Shown here: piece by piece, positions 59,046-64,000 of the stretch
Numbering within the stretch: the first letter of the stretch is position 1
Layout: each line of letters starts with the position of its first letter
Origin: Treponema sp.
GTDB taxonomy: Bacteria > Spirochaetota > Spirochaetia > Treponematales > Breznakiellaceae
Direction of reading: 5' to 3'
DNA length: 64,000 nucleotides
Assembly (NCBI GenBank): GCA_003527485.1
Contig: DPXI01000088.1
Coordinates: 209,638-273,637, forward strand
Program-made: the position numbers and the translations under genes
Notes under the pieces: model-generated
Seen by the model: only the letters and a program-made list of their open reading frames with translations
Database searches by the model: none
Told to the model about the DNA's origin: nothing

Positions 59046-59444
59046 TTAGCTGATCCAATCGGCTTTTCCCTCCGGTTCTCCGGGGCATCTCCAGCAATAT
59101 GTCGCAGGTCCCAATAAGTGCTTGGTTTGTTGGACATCCCTCAATGGATGCGTAAAGGCCGTTGCCGCAGCCTGGCTCGCGGCTTGAGCAGCGGCGGAAG
59201 CAGCGAAATGCTTTATTTCGCGCGCTGCCCGAAACGCATCCATCGCCAGCACACGCAATTTCGCGTTTCGTTTTCCATTGTCGGAGAAGACGCGTATGCC
59301 GGCGATCGCATCGCGCGGACGAGCATCGCCTTCATAATATTCCTCATAGATCGGCAATGCCCTTTCGGCACAATCGGCCGCCCATTTTCCAAGAAGTCGC
59401 AACGACTCGATTTTGAGCTCAAAATACTCTTTTTGTTTTCCCAT
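59046..59444 (-). CDS. Small all-alpha protein, paralog of 61237..61773. Tentatively immunity-protein-like.
   Basis: …LGKWAADCAERALPIYEE…RPRDAIAGIRVF…AAREIKHFAASAAAQAASQAAATAF… shares an ordered motif set with the downstream paralog. In the low-GC island. Confidence 0.5.
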   Translation of the reverse strand: MGKQKEYFELKIESLRLLGKWAADCAERALPIYEEYYEGDARPRDAIAGIRVFSDNGKRNAKLRVLAMDAFRAAREIKHFAASAAAQAASQAAATAFTHPLRDVQQTKHLLGPATYCWRCPGEPEGKADWIS

Positions 59445-60237
59445 ATGCTGTCATCCTTTCAATCAGGCATTTACTCGCTCTACTTTCCGGATTCGTGAAG
59501 TCCATATGGGAACCGCCTTCGATTTTTATCAATTCGATTTCATCGCCGGCTGCTTTGGAAGCGGACGCGTAGGCCTCGGATTCCTCGACCGGAACGGAGG
59601 CGTCATCGGAACCATGTATCACCAATCGCGCCATGGCCATGGGAATCAGCGAAATTGGTGATACGCGTTGATACTTATCCATCGCTTCCGATGGCGGCGT
59701 CTGATTCATAAGCGCAAGCACGTACCCGGATCTCTCTTGATCTCCGTAGCACTTGAGTAGGTCGGTAACAGGAGCAAGACCGATCAGCGCAGTCGGCGTA
59801 AGTTCCAGAGTGTTCACGGCAACCCCGCTGCCCTTGTTACCCAACCACAATGCGAGGTGGCCGCCTGCGGAATGGCCGGCAACGTAGAGCGGCTTGAGAT
59901 TCATTTGGTCATACTTCTTCTTCAGCGTCGTAAGGTAGTTGACGGCATCTACCGCATCGTCGAAAGTGCCCGGATATCCGCCTCCCTTCCAGCCGGTCCT
60001 TCTGTACTCAATGTTCCAGACAGTAAAACCGTTCGCAGCAATCGCTTCCGCAAGTTCAGAAAGCTGGGTGCGATCGTAGGGCATTTTCCAGAAGCCACCG
60101 TGAAACAGACAAACCGTTCCGTTTTCAGGATGCTTGGGAAGGTACAAGTCGCCTTTTTGGTACTGGTCCTTTCCGTAACTTTCCGTATGGAAATCACATT
60201 CCAGGTGATGGGCTTCTTTCATAACAATATCTCCCAA
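59419..60237 (-). CDS. Alpha/beta hydrolase (esterase/formamidase-like)
   Basis: HGGFW oxyanion region and GHSAGGHLAL nucleophile elbow. Confidence 0.75.
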   Translation of the reverse strand: MGDIVMKEAHHLECDFHTESYGKDQYQKGDLYLPKHPENGTVCLFHGGFWKMPYDRTQLSELAEAIAANGFTVWNIEYRRTGWKGGGYPGTFDDAVDAVNYLTTLKKKYDQMNLKPLYVAGHSAGGHLALWLGNKGSGVAVNTLELTPTALIGLAPVTDLLKCYGDQERSGYVLALMNQTPPSEAMDKYQRVSPISLIPMAMARLVIHGSDDASVPVEESEAYASASKAAGDEIELIKIEGGSHMDFTNPESRASKCLIERMTAYGKTKRVF

Positions 60238-60338
60238 TTCATCGATACGCTGAGCCGTAAGTTGAATTTATGAAACGGGGTACGTTTTGCTCTGAAAACC
60301 GCATTTCCGCTGCATAAGGCTCGTTGTTCAGGCTGATC

Positions 60339-61136
60339 CTAATGTCCGCCAGCTGTTTTTTCTCCGGAAATTCGAGGCACTACATACTCCCGCAGGAAAC
60401 GACTGAGCGTATCTTCGGAAAAGTGCCCTCCCCCATCTCGTTTTATGAATTCGGAACCCGGTATCAGCGATGCGGTTAGGCTGGCTGTCCTGAACGGTAC
60501 TTGCTCGTCATCCAGGCTGTGCTCATATAGTACTTTGCCATGAATCTCCGCGAGGGAAAAGCCCCAATCCTCCGCGCGAATCTTCAAATCCAGTGCGGGT
60601 CCATAGAAATCATTCTTCCTGGAGTCGATTACATCATTCCTTCCCGCTCTGGAGGGGTCGCTCATCCACCCGAAAATCTCGCTCGCGACTTTCTGGAAAT
60701 GCGCAACCGATTTTCCCTGCTCCAGAGGATAGGGCCAAAGAGCGGCTACGTGGGGATTGGTCAAAAGCGGCGTTCCGCTAAAAATGAAGGCACTCTTGGT
60801 ACGTTCCGGCAACCGGTGAGAGACTGACAAGGCGTAGGGTGCGCCGGATGAAGTTCCCAGAACGGAAAAATCTGATATTCCCAAATAGTCCAGAAGTTCA
60901 GCGGCTATATCGCCATATTCGCTTATGTCCTTCAACTCATAACAGCTACTATCACCGTATCCTGGTCGAGCTATCGAAACGACACAAATGTTTCGGTCAA
61001 CCATATTTCGGAATAGTTCGGCATCCTTGATACTCGCGATCATTCCATGCTGGACCAGCAATACTGGATTACGGCTATTTCCCAATATGGAATACGAGAG
61101 CAGCAGGTTTTTCATTGATTTGAATGATTTGATCAT
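60339..61136 (-). CDS. Alpha/beta hydrolase fold protein
   Basis: …VLGTSSGAPYAL… GxSxG and abhydrolase topology. Confidence 0.7.
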   Translation of the reverse strand: MIKSFKSMKNLLLSYSILGNSRNPVLLVQHGMIASIKDAELFRNMVDRNICVVSIARPGYGDSSCYELKDISEYGDIAAELLDYLGISDFSVLGTSSGAPYALSVSHRLPERTKSAFIFSGTPLLTNPHVAALWPYPLEQGKSVAHFQKVASEIFGWMSDPSRAGRNDVIDSRKNDFYGPALDLKIRAEDWGFSLAEIHGKVLYEHSLDDEQVPFRTASLTASLIPGSEFIKRDGGGHFSEDTLSRFLREYVVPRISGEKTAGGH

Positions 61137-61236
61137 ATCCCCTACCTCTTTCTGGTCCGTTCAACAACGAATTTAAATATGGAACGATTTATCATTCCAA
61201 TCAGTTCATGCTTGATGCAGGAATGCGGATCATCTC

Positions 61237-61773
61237 TTACGCTTGGAAAACATTCCAACATATCTCGTTCCGGTTTTTCTGATCATCCATAACCAATTCC
61301 TTGATCTTTTCCGGCAACTGGTCCCGTTGCCATTCGCATTCTTTACGACCATTCTCACTTTTCTCGCTTTCTTCACCAGCTGCCATTACCGCCTTTATTG
61401 CATATGCCGCGGCGCCCAGTTCATGAGCCGCTACATGGGCTACTACAGCTGCCTGTCCCGCTGACAGGGCAGCGAATTTTGGCGCTCCAGCCAATTCACG
61501 AGCCGCGGCATTTGAATCATAAGCTCCTTTTTTTGATTCGGTCAATGATATTTCTTCACGAGACCAAGCCCGTGCTAATTCAATGGCTTTGCGAGGTCGT
61601 TCGTCCCCTGGTCGCTCATTTTCAAAATAATGAAGAACATGTTCAGCGCATTGCGCCGCCCAAATCGCCAACAAATAGTGATCCTTGTCAGCTAAAGTTC
61701 CGCCTCGCCTGATTGTGATAAATCTTGAATCCCTGATTTTTGGCAGAATCACAAGGCTCTCCATAATAAACAA
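61237..61773 (-). CDS. Small all-alpha protein, paralog of 59046..59444, immunity-protein-like
   Basis: …LAIWAAQCAEHVLHYFENERPGDERPRKAIELARAW… and …AARELAGAPKFAALSAGQAAVVAHVAAHELGAAAYAIKA…. Confidence 0.5.
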   Translation of the reverse strand: MFIMESLVILPKIRDSRFITIRRGGTLADKDHYLLAIWAAQCAEHVLHYFENERPGDERPRKAIELARAWSREEISLTESKKGAYDSNAAARELAGAPKFAALSAGQAAVVAHVAAHELGAAAYAIKAVMAAGEESEKSENGRKECEWQRDQLPEKIKELVMDDQKNRNEICWNVFQA

Positions 61774-61924
61774 TGCGAGCTTTCACGAAAGGGACTTGAA
61801 TACCCGATATTTCCCGTCATCCAGCATTTTCTGATCTGCGCCTCACTTTCCGCTAAGCGGATTTGCGCGGTTTTCTCGTCAAGAACACAACGACTGCACA
61901 AACCATGATAAAGGGCAAGTCAGA

Positions 61925-62785
61925 CTATATAGTTTCCGGCTTTCCTGAATCACTCCCTATTGCTTCATTTTTAAATTCAGGATGATGCTTTTTCATGCAA
62001 TCAGGACATATTCCATGACTAAACTCGGCTTTAGAATGCTCTTCTATGTATAATTCGAGAATCTGCCATTGTTTTTTATCATCCCGTATTTTCTTGCAAT
62101 ACGAACATATCGGCAAAAGACCTTCTAGTTTGCTTACCTTTTCCTCGCTCGCTTCAGCCCTAATTCTTATTCGATCCACAACCATCGCTACCATTCCAAA
62201 TGCCGCAAGTACATGAAAGCCTGCCAATATTCCAAATTGCAATTCACTTGATTTTACAATTTTCCATATGGCCGTAAACAATATATAGCTTCCCCACAAT
62301 AACATACCAGAAGCCGCGAGATTCTTTCCTACAAGCTTTGCATTCTGTTTTTGGGTAAATATCATTATTGCGGCAGATATGAATATTATCGATCTAAATA
62401 GACGCAGCAAAAATATTCCCGACTGAAGGTCCGCTTTCAGCATTGCAATAGAAAAAAGCCAAAACACCAGACCTGAAATCAATACAAGTATTACACGCTT
62501 ATTCCATTTATTTCCGAAAAAGGAGTAGGCTCCATATACCAAGGCAGCAAATCCCAATATATGGAAGACTTCGCCAATAATATATAACTGCCATAACAGT
62601 AGCGGAATAACATTTGACCAAAAAAGGAATCCGATGCCATTCAGGGCAAAGCTAATAAGCCATATCGATATAGCCGATTCTTCTTTATCCACATTACGCA
62701 AGAATGCAAACCCTACGCAAATGCAAGCGAATATTGCGAAAAGCGCTAAATTGCTTGAGTAATTTTGGCTCAAATATGCATTCAT
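61925..62785 (-). CDS. 7-TM membrane sensor with a C-terminal Cys-rich domain (CxxC…H…HGICPDC)
   Basis: Seven hydrophobic helices. C-terminus LPICSYCKKIRDDKKQWQILELYIEEHSKAEFSHGICPDCMKK, which is typical of 7TMR-type sensor C-terminal zinc modules. Confidence 0.55.
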   Translation of the reverse strand: MNAYLSQNYSSNLALFAIFACICVGFAFLRNVDKEESAISIWLISFALNGIGFLFWSNVIPLLLWQLYIIGEVFHILGFAALVYGAYSFFGNKWNKRVILVLISGLVFWLFSIAMLKADLQSGIFLLRLFRSIIFISAAIMIFTQKQNAKLVGKNLAASGMLLWGSYILFTAIWKIVKSSELQFGILAGFHVLAAFGMVAMVVDRIRIRAEASEEKVSKLEGLLPICSYCKKIRDDKKQWQILELYIEEHSKAEFSHGICPDCMKKHHPEFKNEAIGSDSGKPETI

Positions 62786-63624
62786 GCGGGTTTTCCTTTT
62801 ATCATCAGTGCAGATGTATTCATATTGTCTTTACCTGCGCGCGTAATATCAAACTAGCGCAGAATTAACCTGCGTTATGTGTGGCGCGGTTGCTGCGCAA
62901 GCAAGAACCTTGACGCCCAAATATGTCAGCTGAATAGGCCGGAGGAATTTCACCTCCAGCACCTCACAGAACCGCACGTGACTCTCTCAAATCATACAGC
63001 TCTTCATATTCCGCCAGTACGGCTTTGTTTGATCCACCAACTCCTCCTGTTTCCAGTTGACCGCTGGACCAGACCGAATATGTCAGCCCCTTCGCTACAT
63101 TCTCATTACAAGAACTTCATCACTATTATGAGCTGATCCGCTATCGTGCCGTGCTTTGATACTTTCCTGCTTGCGGGATCTCCGCTTTCAGCGTTCTCTT
63201 ACCATCACGACGACAGGTTCCCACGTTCCGCATCACCGCCAGTCTCAGGGGTCACACCGCCTCTATGCCGAAGACCACATACACGGTAATCAGGTTTCCC
63301 GTCTGCTGTCCAAGGCGTTTTAACATCCACCATTTTTGATCCTCATGTTCAACTTTTCGACACCTTATCGGCGGTTCAGTTTCGTTCGTCTCCTCAGGAC
63401 AACCTGACAGGATCATTCCTGCCTCTTCCGTCAACGTTCACCACCATGTCACTAGCCCACAGTAGCTTGTGGCGGTTTCAGACCTGCTCCTAAAAGCCGA
63501 TCCCGAGGGGCCAGTCTCTTATTGCATCGACTCCCTCATTAGTGATGCAGTTCCATCACCTCCTTCCTATTCAGAATATAAGCGCCATTTTCGTGGCACA
63601 CGTTGAACTGGATGATATGCACTT

Positions 63625-63996
63625 TTATCGTGGTTTCGATCCTTGCAGTCTATGGATATCGCCGTAGAGTCTACCAAGATTCTGCCCGATCTCGGAGAAG
63701 TCTTCACAATCGAGCATCAGATCCAAAACACCTTCTATTTCCTGGATATATCCGAAAGCAGCATTGTCCCAATTATCAAGAGACTTGAACTCATATTTCC
63801 CAGATACGAGATAAGCAGTTGTCTCAAAATCTACAGCTTCGGGATATGGTGTCATTTCTCTATGAATCCGGAATCTGATATAGTTTGTATGAATGCTTAG
63901 TATGTCAACTCTAGTTTTCACCTCGCCCGAGATTACGACTTTCCCTTTTCCATCAATACCTTCCCAGTTCTCTGAGAGTGAGTAGGACACTTCCAA
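63625..63996 (-). CDS. Hypothetical small protein in the low-GC island
   Basis: 123-aa ORF. No recognisable motif. Confidence 0.35.
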   Translation of the reverse strand: MEVSYSLSENWEGIDGKGKVVISGEVKTRVDILSIHTNYIRFRIHREMTPYPEAVDFETTAYLVSGKYEFKSLDNWDNAAFGYIQEIEGVLDLMLDCEDFSEIGQNLGRLYGDIHRLQGSKPR

Positions 63997-64000
63997 AAGT

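Noticed and set aside
62879-63136. Group II intron (GUGYG start at 62881) or the 85-aa ORF
   Set aside because: No domain V-like (GAGCCGUAUG…CAUACGGUUC) hairpin was found on either strand. The ORF has poor coding character.

Overview
This window looks like a high-GC (about 65%) chromosomal segment from a spirochete-like bacterium, ending in a lower-GC, probably acquired island. That taxonomic inference rests on a CheW-CheR fusion gene next to cheA, a cytoplasmic MCP with cheD, and a complete DapL-type lysine operon. Gene density is high and most real genes lie on the minus strand. Many long opposite-strand ORFs in the six-frame track are GC-driven artefacts and are rejected below.

Contents in order:
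- cheWR (truncated at the window start) and cheA.
- Two divergently transcribed secreted, outer-membrane-like proteins.
- A conserved hypothetical of 457 aa.
- A six-gene lysine operon, lysC-dapB-dapA-asd-lysA-dapL, plus a short asparaginase-domain gene.
- An RNase II/R family gene.
- mcp-cheD.
- A MalK-like ATPase, a DUF554 protein, a GNAT acetyltransferase, a MarR regulator with a perfect operator palindrome, a thioesterase, an MFS transporter and nagA.
- A GntR(YtrA)-controlled operon: SPFH protein, ABC ATPase, two FtsX permeases, a LolA-like protein and an OMP.
- A respiratory/extracellular-electron-transfer-like module: a tandem FMN-binding-domain lipoprotein, ccsB and ccsA, a divergent 11-heme cytochrome c and a periplasmic rhodanese.
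- A vapBC toxin-antitoxin pair.
- A complete selenocysteine locus: selD, a COG0523 GTPase, tRNA-Sec (selC), selA and selB.
- A sugar-utilisation operon with a GntR/LacI-hybrid regulator, three TTGTACCATACAA operators, LplABC-like ABC transporter, GH3, DUF2264 and HAD genes.
- An NlpC/P60 lipoprotein, an MFS transporter, and ChrB-like, PspB-like and DHFR-family genes.
- From about 58.85 kb, a roughly 5 kb lower-GC island with paralogous immunity-like proteins, two alpha/beta hydrolases, a 7TM Cys-rich sensor and an 800-nt ORF-free stretch.

The most interesting observations:
1. selD carries an in-frame UGA at 40933-40935, exactly at the Cys17-equivalent position (…AAG-U-AAK), followed 12 nt later by a hairpin. 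SelD here is therefore a selenoprotein, and the ORF track truncated its N-terminus.
2. A tRNA-Sec with a UCA anticodon lies between the COG0523 gene and selA.
3. The multihaem cytochrome c is interrupted by one in-frame UGA (36141-36143). That codon sits in the loop of a 10-bp G/C hairpin and separates the signal peptide plus first CxxCH from ten further CxxCH motifs. With the Sec machinery 3 kb away, this could be a new selenoprotein, a readthrough event, or a pseudogene/sequencing error.
4. A PplA-like protein with two FMN-binding domains sits next to the System II cytochrome c biogenesis genes, a multihaem cytochrome and a periplasmic rhodanese. That combination is unexpected for a Treponema-like spirochete.
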